From IMG/VR virus record IMGVR_UViG_3300028584_000072, positions 1-64,000 of that record: DNA of 64,000 nucleotides. One strand, given 5' to 3'. Every line of letters starts with the position of its first letter. Position 1 is the stretch's first letter. Positions 18,468-26,953 of the stretch are shown here, piece by piece. The notes under the pieces are model-generated. The model made no database searches. It was given only the letters and a program-made list of their open reading frames with translations, and was not told the origin of the DNA. This DNA comes from a virus. The position numbers were made by a program, and so were the translations under genes.

Positions 18468-18731
18468 TTACCTCCCTACTTCTCCAGCCAATCTATCGTA
18501 AGCATCAGCAACACTATCTCTGACGATAACATCAGCAAAAGCATAGTCATTGTATCTCTTAATGAAGTTATTGATTGGGGTTATGACAACACCTTTAGTA
18601 GCTGTGGCTTCAAACACCATATCACCAACAACAATACCACAATGACTCCATCTACTCCATGTGAAGATACGAATGAGCCACGAAAACGGTAAATGATTTT
18701 TACCAAAGATTACTTTAATTGTCGGTGACAT
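18468..18731 (-). CDS. truncated N-terminal paralog of the C92-like hydrolase
   Basis: 87 aa aligning to residues 1-~85 of 17354..17806 (IFGKN..WLIRIFTWSRWSHCGIVVG). It lacks the Cys-containing C-terminal half. Confidence 0.45.
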   Translation of the reverse strand: MSPTIKVIFGKNHLPFSWLIRIFTWSRWSHCGIVVGDMVFEATATKGVVITPINNFIKRYNDYAFADVIVRDSVADAYDRLAGEVGR

Positions 18732-18934
18732 TATTTATCACTCATCGGTGTAGTAGTTACAATCCTAAGCACTACGTTAATCATGGCAACTAACATAAAT
18801 ATAATACCGTAGTAGTCACCTAATGCTGCTTGGAATAAACCCATATTCAATTCCACAATACCCAATATGCCGACCAGTATATTGAATATCATTGTTTTAC
18901 TTTTGTGGATGTTCTTTAGCCAATTCATTTTCAT
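18731..18934 (-). CDS. small 2-TM membrane protein (holin/antiholin candidate)
   Basis: 67 aa with two hydrophobic helices, within the lysis cluster. Confidence 0.45.
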   Translation of the reverse strand: MKMNWLKNIHKSKTMIFNILVGILGIVELNMGLFQAALGDYYGIIFMLVAMINVVLRIVTTTPMSDK

Positions 18935-19187
18935 TCCTTGCTTTTATTGTTAAATTGCAAATAGCTAAATCGTTACGAAGGCGTCTCTCTGAAGTAATGT
19001 AGTCAATGACTTTCTCACCAGAGCGTATACTGACAGGACATTCTTGCATCAATTGAGGAGGTGTATTTACTGTAACTTCTACAATACGATCAACATAAAC
19101 TGTTTTAGTTTGGCACGCCACTAATAGAGGGGCTAACAGGCATATTAAGACAAGACTTTTCAAAGCCTTCAGGGAGTTGTTCAACAT
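18897..19187 (-). CDS. o-spanin (outer-membrane lipoprotein, Rz1-like)
   Basis: Signal peptide plus lipobox LLVAC. It starts inside the i-spanin gene in another frame and extends beyond it (overlapped architecture). Confidence 0.6.
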   Translation of the reverse strand: MLNNSLKALKSLVLICLLAPLLVACQTKTVYVDRIVEVTVNTPPQLMQECPVSIRSGEKVIDYITSERRLRNDLAICNLTIKARNENELAKEHPQK

Positions 19188-19473
19188 ACTTGATGATCTC
19201 TTTCTCAGAAGAATGTTGTTCTTCTTTTATTTTATCAATAGAATTCTGTAATGCAAGAAGTTTTTCATTTTGCAATTTATTACGTTCTTGTAATTCTAAA
19301 TACTTTTGTGTATTCTCATTAGCAATCGCTACAGCTTGTGCTGATTGCTGTTTATAAAGCTCTACAGAAGCTTCTAAGGTTTTATTATCTGCTTGTAGTA
19401 CGTAGATATATCCGTAGATAGATAAGCATACTAGCAACGCTCCTACGAGCTTTAAAATAGGGGTAGGAATCAT
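19105..19473 (-). CDS. i-spanin (Rz-like)
   Basis: N-terminal TM helix plus a coiled-coil periplasmic domain, directly downstream of the endolysin. Confidence 0.6.
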   Translation of the reverse strand: MIPTPILKLVGALLVCLSIYGYIYVLQADNKTLEASVELYKQQSAQAVAIANENTQKYLELQERNKLQNEKLLALQNSIDKIKEEQHSSEKEIIKYVEQLPEGFEKSCLNMPVSPSISGVPN

Positions 19474-19946
19474 TGGAATACCCCATTACTGACATAGTAC
19501 ATATCTAGACTACCATCTTTCATTGTTTTAGCGTGACGTAATGCTCGCTTGGGTGTTTGCTTAGTCCACAGACTATCTAACATTTGTTTAGATGCTTCTT
19601 CAAAATTACCAACTTCAATAGCAGCCCACATCTTTTTGAAGTTTAATACACCAGTCATACCTTGCTGGTATACCATTGACACAAGGATAGCTTGTCTTTG
19701 TTCGTTACACTTAGACCAAGCTAAATGTTTTTGTGTAGATAATTTAGCAATGGATTCTTGAATTCGTTTACGTAAGAACTCTAATTCTTCTTTTTCATTA
19801 GCGACAATGTTTGGTAATGGCGCATATTTGACATTTGATAACTTTCTCCCATAACCTATTGTAACGTACCCTTCCGTACAATAGTAGGGTTTCGGTGATA
19901 CTCCTTCTTCAATCTTCAGAATCATTTCTGCGAATTTGTTCTGCAT
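19470..19946 (-). CDS. endolysin, T4-lysozyme-like (GH24)
   Basis: EEGVSPKPYYCTEGYVTIGYG gives the E-x8-(D/C)-x5-T catalytic triad spacing. Confidence 0.8.
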   Translation of the reverse strand: MQNKFAEMILKIEEGVSPKPYYCTEGYVTIGYGRKLSNVKYAPLPNIVANEKEELEFLRKRIQESIAKLSTQKHLAWSKCNEQRQAILVSMVYQQGMTGVLNFKKMWAAIEVGNFEEASKQMLDSLWTKQTPKRALRHAKTMKDGSLDMYYVSNGVFQ

Positions 19947-20325
19947 ATTTTCTCCACTTACAATTGAATACTAACCCCCATAACATAATCTGCATAAGAA
20001 TGAATTGGATGTATGGGCGAAAGTCATAAAATATTGTTTGATAATAACTGAATTGTTCAATGATATTTAATAGAAAACTTATCATACAAGGTAATCCAAT
20101 AATTAAGGATTTCTTGGTATCATCTAATTTGAATACCACGATAAACATTAATATGTCTATTAAGGCTGAACGTATGTAATAGAAGTCTGTTTGGAATACT
20201 AACCAAGTTAGTATATCGAGAACAAGTACAACAGAAAGATACCTACTCACCTCAACAATATCTTTGTCTCTTATCAGAAATGAAATAATCATTAGAGTGA
20301 TAGGTGTGATGAGTAGGTACATCAT
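19909..20325 (-). CDS. multi-TM membrane protein (holin candidate)
   Basis: About 4 hydrophobic helices and a charged C-terminus (RKYAEQIRRNDSED). It overlaps the endolysin start. Confidence 0.5.
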   Translation of the reverse strand: MMYLLITPITLMIISFLIRDKDIVEVSRYLSVVLVLDILTWLVFQTDFYYIRSALIDILMFIVVFKLDDTKKSLIIGLPCMISFLLNIIEQFSYYQTIFYDFRPYIQFILMQIMLWGLVFNCKWRKYAEQIRRNDSED

Positions 20326-20432
20326 TACTTAGTTTCCTTTACAGGATCGCCAGATTCAGTCGGTTCAGTAGGAACTGAGTTCGGCTGCACAGGGGGCTTC
20401 TTCTTGTCAGGCTGCGGAGTCTCTGTAGGCAT
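20325..20432 (-). CDS. possible small Pro/Lys/Glu-rich protein (35 aa)
   Basis: ATG lies 1 nt after the REC stop, with AAGGAAG upstream. Sequence is MPTETPQPDKKKPPVQPNSVPTEPTESGDPVKETK*. The stop overlaps the next start (TAATG). Not in the ORF track. Confidence 0.3.
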   Translation of the reverse strand: MPTETPQPDKKKPPVQPNSVPTEPTESGDPVKETK

Positions 20433-20433
20433 A

Positions 20434-20865
20434 TTATACTTCCTTATTAAAATTAGTTAAATTACTTAACATACGCGACATTTTACCAATCATTGCCAAT
20501 GGTTTGACACGACTGAGTAAATCTTCTTTATTAAATGGCTTCCTAAAGAAATCTATTCCGCCACACATAAATGCTTTACAACGTGATTGCTCATCTACTT
20601 CAGCAGTGAGGAATACAGTTGGTATATCTTTTGTATTAGGGTTGAGCTTTAATTCTTCAGATACGTCATACCCAGTATATCCGTCATCTAATGAAATGTC
20701 AAGCACAATTACATCAGGTTTAAATTCTATAGCACTAGATAACGCAGCGTAGTGACCATACACAGGACATACATCATACCCGTGCTTCTCAAATAACTGT
20801 GTGAGGAATAATAGCATAAAGCCATCATCCTCCACAAGCATTATCTTAGGATTTATCGCTGTCAT
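20434..20865 (-). CDS. stand-alone response-regulator receiver (CheY-like REC) protein
   Basis: All canonical REC residues sit at CheY-like positions: E12-D13-D14, D56 (VLDISL), T87 (FLTAE), K109 (FFRKPF). 143 aa with no output domain. Confidence 0.8.
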   Translation of the reverse strand: MTAINPKIMLVEDDGFMLLFLTQLFEKHGYDVCPVYGHYAALSSAIEFKPDVIVLDISLDDGYTGYDVSEELKLNPNTKDIPTVFLTAEVDEQSRCKAFMCGGIDFFRKPFNKEDLLSRVKPLAMIGKMSRMLSNLTNFNKEV

Positions 20866-21145
20866 TCTTCATGCTCCACTTAGCATTAAGAACAGCTAAA
20901 TCCCTTACAAGCTGGTTCAACGTTATAGACATTTCACGAGTCATTATAATAACTTCTCGTTGGTCATCCTTGATACTAGATACTGACCTCGCTATCTCTT
21001 TTTCCATTTCTTCAAAGGTTGGTGAGTTAGCGAGTTTAGCAACAACAGACTCCATGACTTTATCATTCTTCTGCTTATCATACCAGAACCAAGCGGCTAT
21101 ACCCATCCACGAATACTTTAGTAGTGCAAATATTTCTATGTTCAT
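20846..21145 (-). CDS. membrane-anchored coiled-coil protein (99 aa)
   Basis: N-terminal TM helix (WMGIAAWFWY) then a helical region. Its 3' end overlaps the REC gene start by 20 nt. Confidence 0.5.
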   Translation of the reverse strand: MNIEIFALLKYSWMGIAAWFWYDKQKNDKVMESVVAKLANSPTFEEMEKEIARSVSSIKDDQREVIIMTREMSITLNQLVRDLAVLNAKWSMKNDSDKS

Positions 21146-21158
21146 TTAAGTTCCTTAA

Positions 21159-21498
21159 TTAAGTAGCACTGCTGTCACCACTGAAGATATATGTATTATC
21201 TCCATTTTTACGTAGTGTTAATGGACTACCCGATGGGGTAGATTGAATGTACTGACCACTGAATGCTTTGAACCAATCAGTTCTGGTACTATTCGCTATC
21301 GTATAGATGCTAGTAAATACAGCAGGAAACAAATTCTTGTACTGTGTCAGCGTTATATTCTGTGCAAGCCCCAAACCTTAAACGATTTCTATCCGAAGGT
21401 GGAGTTTGACCGAAAGGGCTTGGCAGGTCTGCGACAGCTTGGTCTATGATAGGGAATAGTTTTCTTTGGTTCGATGGAGGATAAGGAAGAAAAGACAT
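21159..21498 (-). pseudogene. frame-broken small gene carrying the tailspike N-terminal tag (MSFLPYPPSN)
   Basis: Two overlapping ORFs (21310..21498 and 21159..21374) in frames offset by 1 at a G4 run (21369-21372). The first 10 codons plus RBS are identical to those of 21520..23205. Confidence 0.4.
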
Positions 21499-21509
21499 GG
21501 TTTATCCTT
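21469..21509. repeat. 41-bp perfect direct repeat, copy A
   Basis: gttcgatggaggataaggaagaaaagacatggtttatcctt is identical to 23176..23216. Confidence 0.95.
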
Positions 21510-21519
21510 TTGTTATTTG

Positions 21520-23205
21520 TTACCATCCACTAACATTAATTTCAGACCGAATTGAGCCTGCTGTATTCGATTTAATAGTTACAGAGTCAGCCGATTGGTT
21601 AGTGATTAAAACCTTAAAATCTGCTCTAGGTATTTTGCCAGCAAAGCTGTAAGTGTGACAACGAATATCACCAGCCAATGTAATCTTCCTGCCTGCTCTG
21701 AATGAGCCGTAAACAACATCGTTTGATGTTGAATCAACAATTTCTACAAACACTTTTGAAATGTCTACATCTGCCGCAGTCCTTGAGATTGTCAGTGTTG
21801 CACTAACATCAATTTCAAATCCGCGATCAACCCAATTGGTTAACGCACTAAAAACACCAGTTGCGCTGTCGAATAGTAATTTATAAGTAAAGCCGCTATT
21901 TGCTGAAATGCTATTTTGCGTACGCTGAGTGTAAGTAGCAATAGTATTAGCACCAGCCGCAACAGAAACATCTGAAACTCTGCGAGACTTGGCAAATGAG
22001 TTGTCTAAATCTTGAGCCTGCAGGATTGCTTCAGCTCTATCAAATTTCGAGTTTTTGTAAATCACCATTGAAGGCGACCCGCTGTTAGGTGTGTTATTTA
22101 TACCTTGTGGGAAATAAACACCATCAAATACGCAATTGATCGCACCCTGTTCAATAATAGGTGAAGTTGAGCTAATCGTGCCACCGTTGAACATGACACC
22201 CTCACAACCGTTCAGAACAATTGGGCTGTAATAAAGCATGTTGCCATTGAATGACATATCAATAGCCGTTAACGTGTCACACTGAATGCCGATGGTACAA
22301 TGGTTTATGATGTTGTCATTGACCAGTGAATGGTCGCCATTTGTGCCAGTTTTAACCCACAAGCCACGAGTGTTGTTGCTTAGGCTGTTACCGATAATGC
22401 GCTGATTGCCGCCATCAATAACGACAGCTTCAGTATTGCCTTTAGCATTACAACCCATCATTAAGCAATATTCACCGCGATTACCAAACTCTGCACCGAC
22501 CAAGTTATCAATTAAATCACAGTTGATTAAATCAGAACCTTGATAATCCAAATAAAAGTTAGTAACCCACCAAGCCTTGCCACCTGCATTAGATAGTTTG
22601 CAATCAATTGTTCTAGATCTACCGACGGCAGGTACTTGCACAAGCACTTGACTGGTCAAACCGGAAGCCTTTCCGCTACCAACAATGTTTACACATTTTA
22701 ACGTTGATCCTTCGCTATGAGATATGCAAGTTGCGTTTGCAGTTGTTGAAATGTCAGTATTTTGACCAAACAACATGCCGCCTACAGGAACCGTGATACC
22801 TGTCAAAACCCAAGGGCGACCAATGTTAGGGAGGAAAACGTTATTACTAATTGCGAGAGCAGCCGCCACTGCACCACTATCTGTAGTTGGAGAAACTAAA
22901 TAGTCTAGTGCATTAACAAATGATTTAGATAAGTTACCTAATTGTTTAGCAGGTACACCACCAACTAATACATTAGAATTTACATTAGCTAAGTCACTTC
23001 TAAGACTAACATCAACTCCAGTTGCTGCTTGAACTTCGTCGTATACATTTTTTATTACTTTACTGAAAGAAGGTACTAAACCATTTTCAGTTAAAACATC
23101 CTGCTCATCATCACCATGAACTATCTCGTGTGCAAGGTTTATATCTTGCTTCAATACAGAGACAGCTTCTGTAGTGTTCGATGGAGGATAAGGAAGAAAA
23201 GACAT
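21520..23205 (-). CDS. tailspike with right-handed beta-helix (pectate-lyase-like) body
   Basis: The N-terminal ~90 aa are homologous to 23225..25003. The body is Gly/Asn/Ile-rich and periodic (NNIINHCTIGIQC, NGNMLYY..) as in beta-helix depolymerases. Confidence 0.6.
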   Translation of the reverse strand: MSFLPYPPSNTTEAVSVLKQDINLAHEIVHGDDEQDVLTENGLVPSFSKVIKNVYDEVQAATGVDVSLRSDLANVNSNVLVGGVPAKQLGNLSKSFVNALDYLVSPTTDSGAVAAALAISNNVFLPNIGRPWVLTGITVPVGGMLFGQNTDISTTANATCISHSEGSTLKCVNIVGSGKASGLTSQVLVQVPAVGRSRTIDCKLSNAGGKAWWVTNFYLDYQGSDLINCDLIDNLVGAEFGNRGEYCLMMGCNAKGNTEAVVIDGGNQRIIGNSLSNNTRGLWVKTGTNGDHSLVNDNIINHCTIGIQCDTLTAIDMSFNGNMLYYSPIVLNGCEGVMFNGGTISSTSPIIEQGAINCVFDGVYFPQGINNTPNSGSPSMVIYKNSKFDRAEAILQAQDLDNSFAKSRRVSDVSVAAGANTIATYTQRTQNSISANSGFTYKLLFDSATGVFSALTNWVDRGFEIDVSATLTISRTAADVDISKVFVEIVDSTSNDVVYGSFRAGRKITLAGDIRCHTYSFAGKIPRADFKVLITNQSADSVTIKSNTAGSIRSEINVSGW

Positions 23206-23216
23206 GGTTTATCCTT
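23176..23216. repeat. 41-bp perfect direct repeat, copy B
   Basis: Identical to 21469..21509. It covers the RBS and first 10 codons of 21520..23205. Confidence 0.95.
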
Positions 23217-23224
23217 AGTTTAAA

Positions 23225-25003
23225 TTACAATACACCGAAAGCTAACAAGTTAAAACCTGTGTTATCCGGCATTGTAGTTGGGTCAATCTCTGTACCTGTT
23301 GATCTATCAAAAACTCGCACCCGCACCTGCGCATTTCCTGCGCCTTGCGGAGTTGCTGCATAGATTGCCGCTGTGCTGCTGCCTGTCATTGACACCATTG
23401 GGCGGTTGACGCCGACGCTGAAGGTAACCCAAACACCCGTTGACGTTGCCACAACCGACGAAACACCTAGCGCTTGTGTTGTGGTTGTTGCTTGCCATGT
23501 GCCTGACACTTTCACAATATGACCGCCAAGCGCTTTTTCAACACCAGCCGATGGCTCTTGCTTCTGTGAGCGATAACCAATAATCGGATGAATATTACTG
23601 AACCCGCTATGCCTTGCGCCGTTAATACCATCAACACCATTTCTGACCCACAGCTTAACTAACGGTGAAACCGTCAAATCTAGTGCTGGATTGAAAACTC
23701 CAAATTGGTTTGACATGCCAAACTGACCAGATAAACCAACAGATGTTTCAAATTCGATTGATGTCGGTGCGCGATAGTTTGAACTGTAAGACTCGCCGTA
23801 AGATTCAACAGCAAATCCGTTGCAGTAAATTGGCAAATTGCAATCTGATAGCAACCGAGCAACATAGTTGTTGTAACCAGTTTTGTTAGGATGAACACCA
23901 TCGGCACTAAAGCGGGTATTTGTTTTAGTAGCATCAGCCGGATCAGCAAACCAAGAGTGAAAATCAAATGTGTGACAGCCATAAAGTGGGAGCACAGTTA
24001 AGATAAACTCGTTAATATCGTCTTGCATTCCGCGCTGTGTTACGTTGTGGGCATCAACGGGGCCGATAGTATTAAAGCCAATATTAACTCCTGCATTTAA
24101 CGCAAGCACCGCCATTTTAAGCAAGTTAGCTTTTGTTGTTACCACGCTAGTTAGCGCAGACACATCATTGATGCCTGCGTTTACCCAAACCCAAACAGGC
24201 TTTGCTGGCAGAGTTGAATCAGGACGCCCATCACCAACAGCAACAGTTTGACCTAAAGCATCACGAGTAAAGCGAGCTAAAATCTCAGTTGTGGTTTGTC
24301 CGCCGATACCTGCGTTGTACCAGTGCATGCCTGTACGCTGTGAAAGCGCATAAGCTGGTGTGCCATAGGCGTTAACTACTGCATCACTAAACGTAGGGTC
24401 AACATAAGATTGGTGCAACCGACCGTGCAAAGCCGGATGCCCTTCAGCAATAGAATCGCCAACCATGACACCGAAAGGCGTTAACACTTGCACCCAATTT
24501 GTACCCGTGAGAGAAGCCAACCAAGAGCGGTTACTTGCAGCGGTCGTACTGATGCCGCCTTCGCCGTTTAACTTTGTGTAATTATAATCAGCAGAAAGGC
24601 TCGCAGATTCTGCAACGCCTGTGCAATAACTTTTCAATGACTTCACTGTTAGATTTCTTGTTGTCTGTGCATCAATTGCAATTGCCGCTTCAGAAAGAAC
24701 CTCTGCTCCTATACCTCTAGAAATAACTGACGCGCGCACGTTATCGCCAACAACAGACGCCTCAACGCCGCCTACTAAAACAGTTGAGTTATCAACAGCT
24801 AAATCGCTACGTAAACTAACATCAACTCCTGTAGCATCTTCAACTTCTTTAATTAACTTAGCTATAGTAGGTACATCACCATTCTCTGTTGGAATGTCTA
24901 CTAACTCGCTACCATGAACAATATTGTGTAATATTTGAACATCTTGATTTAACACATTAACAGCTTCAGTAGTTCCGTTAGGTGGGTATGGTAAAAATGG
25001 CAT
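23225..25003 (-). CDS. tail fibre/tailspike with SGNH (GDSL) esterase domain
   Basis: GDSIAEGHP (block I), NAGINDV (block III) and DGVHPN (block V). It shares the N-terminal adaptor domain. Confidence 0.65.
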   Translation of the reverse strand: MPFLPYPPNGTTEAVNVLNQDVQILHNIVHGSELVDIPTENGDVPTIAKLIKEVEDATGVDVSLRSDLAVDNSTVLVGGVEASVVGDNVRASVISRGIGAEVLSEAAIAIDAQTTRNLTVKSLKSYCTGVAESASLSADYNYTKLNGEGGISTTAASNRSWLASLTGTNWVQVLTPFGVMVGDSIAEGHPALHGRLHQSYVDPTFSDAVVNAYGTPAYALSQRTGMHWYNAGIGGQTTTEILARFTRDALGQTVAVGDGRPDSTLPAKPVWVWVNAGINDVSALTSVVTTKANLLKMAVLALNAGVNIGFNTIGPVDAHNVTQRGMQDDINEFILTVLPLYGCHTFDFHSWFADPADATKTNTRFSADGVHPNKTGYNNYVARLLSDCNLPIYCNGFAVESYGESYSSNYRAPTSIEFETSVGLSGQFGMSNQFGVFNPALDLTVSPLVKLWVRNGVDGINGARHSGFSNIHPIIGYRSQKQEPSAGVEKALGGHIVKVSGTWQATTTTQALGVSSVVATSTGVWVTFSVGVNRPMVSMTGSSTAAIYAATPQGAGNAQVRVRVFDRSTGTEIDPTTMPDNTGFNLLAFGVL

Positions 25004-25016
25004 AATATATCCTTAT

Positions 25017-25634
25017 TTAAAGTGTTCTCAACCAAATGTTTACAACCTGATATGGGTTCATTAGGTTGAATGCTTGATTACTACCGGTAGCTTCTGTGGT
25101 ACGAGTATCTATACCAAAATAATCATTCTGTGCAACTTCACCAGCGCTAGCATAAGCATTACCTTCACTAGCTTTATTGTTGCCTTGGTATTCAAGTTTT
25201 AATTGGTGAGCATGGCTAGGTAATTCAGCAGTGGTGAGTTTGTGTTGATATTCACCACCAGTTTCACCCGCAGCAAATGTACGAGTGACTGCATTAGCAT
25301 CAGTGCCTTCACCACTACCAATTACTGTTCTACCTTCAGCAAACTTCACCCAAGTACCGTAACCATAAATGATAGCGGGGTTACGATCATCACCAACAAT
25401 ATGTTTCAACTCATTAACAGGTGTTTGTGACGGAGAAGCTAATTGAGTTTTTAATTCTAACAACTGTTCATAAAGATTATTGAATTGCCAGTTAAGATTT
25501 TGAGCAGTTGGTTCAGCGAAAGGTGTATAACCGTAATCACGTAGCGCTTCGTCTGGTCTAATCTTGTTAGGGGTAATACCATCGTCGTATGTATTCTCTA
25601 CGGCCCATTCAGGGTTGTATGTAGGGTAAGTCAT
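25017..25634 (-). CDS. tail-collar-domain fibre protein
   Basis: GETGGEYQHKLTTAELPSHAH is typical of the phage tail collar domain. Confidence 0.6.
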   Translation of the reverse strand: MTYPTYNPEWAVENTYDDGITPNKIRPDEALRDYGYTPFAEPTAQNLNWQFNNLYEQLLELKTQLASPSQTPVNELKHIVGDDRNPAIIYGYGTWVKFAEGRTVIGSGEGTDANAVTRTFAAGETGGEYQHKLTTAELPSHAHQLKLEYQGNNKASEGNAYASAGEVAQNDYFGIDTRTTEATGSNQAFNLMNPYQVVNIWLRTL

Positions 25635-26953
25635 TATAAATCTCTCTCTATTGTTACAGACATGTATACATCAACACTACGAGTGACGCTAATATCTGAT
25701 AACTTGAATATTGTAACTCTGTATGCACCACTTGTAGAGCTTGTAAATCTAGAAGTGACAGTTTGTGATAAGTTTAATGGTGTTGACAATGTGTGACTTA
25801 CATTAGGAGGTAATACGTCTAAATCATCACCGCTTACTGTTATATAGCGAATAGCATAATCCGCACCAGCTAATGCACCCGTTGTTGTAAGGTAAGTAGA
25901 ATAATCTATTGTACCATTAGCGTCAACTAAAGTGATTGTACCGTCATTTTCAAATGTAATACTGTGGGTTGCTGTAGCGAATGAACCATCATAGGGTTGT
26001 AATCTCCTTGAGTTAATGTCGTATAGCCCTAAATTCGCTGCCAGAGGGTCAACAGGGGGTATAACAGAAGATACCGATACTGTGTTACTATATATAACCA
26101 AAGTACCGTCTACGTTAGTTGCAGTTGTTTTAACAGTGATTGTTTTACCAGCATCACCAGACACTAATACATAAGTGTTATTTGTAGCACCACCAATATC
26201 TACACCGTCACGTTGCCATTGTTTAGTTACAGTGAGCGGTGTGACACCGTTAAATTCACCATTCACATAAGTTAATGTTTGACCTACCTCGCCAGCACCA
26301 TAAATGTACGGGGTAGTTTTAACAATAGGGCTATTGACAACTGGTGGAATATATTTCTCTGTAGGTAATGGGACAAATCTTGTGTCTGTAGCAATACCTA
26401 CATCATATAGTAGAATGCTATTCAAACTACCATTACCGAAACCTCTACCAGCCGTATTCAATCTGAATGGGGTAGTGTCTCGTTGTACAATAAGCTTTCT
26501 TGTGTTGATTGGAAATAACTCTGCTACTTCTGTCAACATTGAATCTTTAACGCCAAACAAATAACCTACAGCTTCTATTAAATATTTGTTTGGGTTATCT
26601 ACACGAAGTTCATCATCATTTGTTACATATGACAAAACTTTAATTATATCTTCTATTGTTGCTGAAGCTGTTTTCTTCAGCATAGCAATACGTAATATTG
26701 TTTTATAATCAGCATCACTAAAACCATAACGCTGAGTATCTAATTCTTCACCAATTCGATCTAACCACCAACCTTTAGCACCAGCTAGTGTACGAACTTC
26801 TTGTAGTTCGATAATAGTATTCTCTGTCTCTTGTAGTTCAGCAACCAACACATCAACTAAAGCATTAATGTTCGGTTTGTCTTTAAACTGGGAAAGGAGG
26901 TAGGATTTAGCTATCTCCACTCTATTATCGACTAACTGGATTTTGTTAGTCAT
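25634..26953 (-). CDS. baseplate protein (DUF2612-like N-terminus, Ig-like C-terminal region)
   Basis: N-terminal LLSQFKDKPNINALV...GWWLDRIGEEL pattern, directly downstream of the baseplate J-like gene. Confidence 0.45.
   Translation of the reverse strand: MTNKIQLVDNRVEIAKSYLLSQFKDKPNINALVDVLVAELQETENTIIELQEVRTLAGAKGWWLDRIGEELDTQRYGFSDADYKTILRIAMLKKTASATIEDIIKVLSYVTNDDELRVDNPNKYLIEAVGYLFGVKDSMLTEVAELFPINTRKLIVQRDTTPFRLNTAGRGFGNGSLNSILLYDVGIATDTRFVPLPTEKYIPPVVNSPIVKTTPYIYGAGEVGQTLTYVNGEFNGVTPLTVTKQWQRDGVDIGGATNNTYVLVSGDAGKTITVKTTATNVDGTLVIYSNTVSVSSVIPPVDPLAANLGLYDINSRRLQPYDGSFATATHSITFENDGTITLVDANGTIDYSTYLTTTGALAGADYAIRYITVSGDDLDVLPPNVSHTLSTPLNLSQTVTSRFTSSTSGAYRVTIFKLSDISVTRSVDVYMSVTIERDL

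Noticed and set aside
18897-19473. I considered the overlapping ORFs 18897..19187 and 19105..19473 as a frameshift or annotation artefact.
   Set aside because: The TM + coiled-coil protein and the overlapping out-of-frame lipoprotein (lipobox LLVAC) match the standard overlapped i-spanin/o-spanin architecture.
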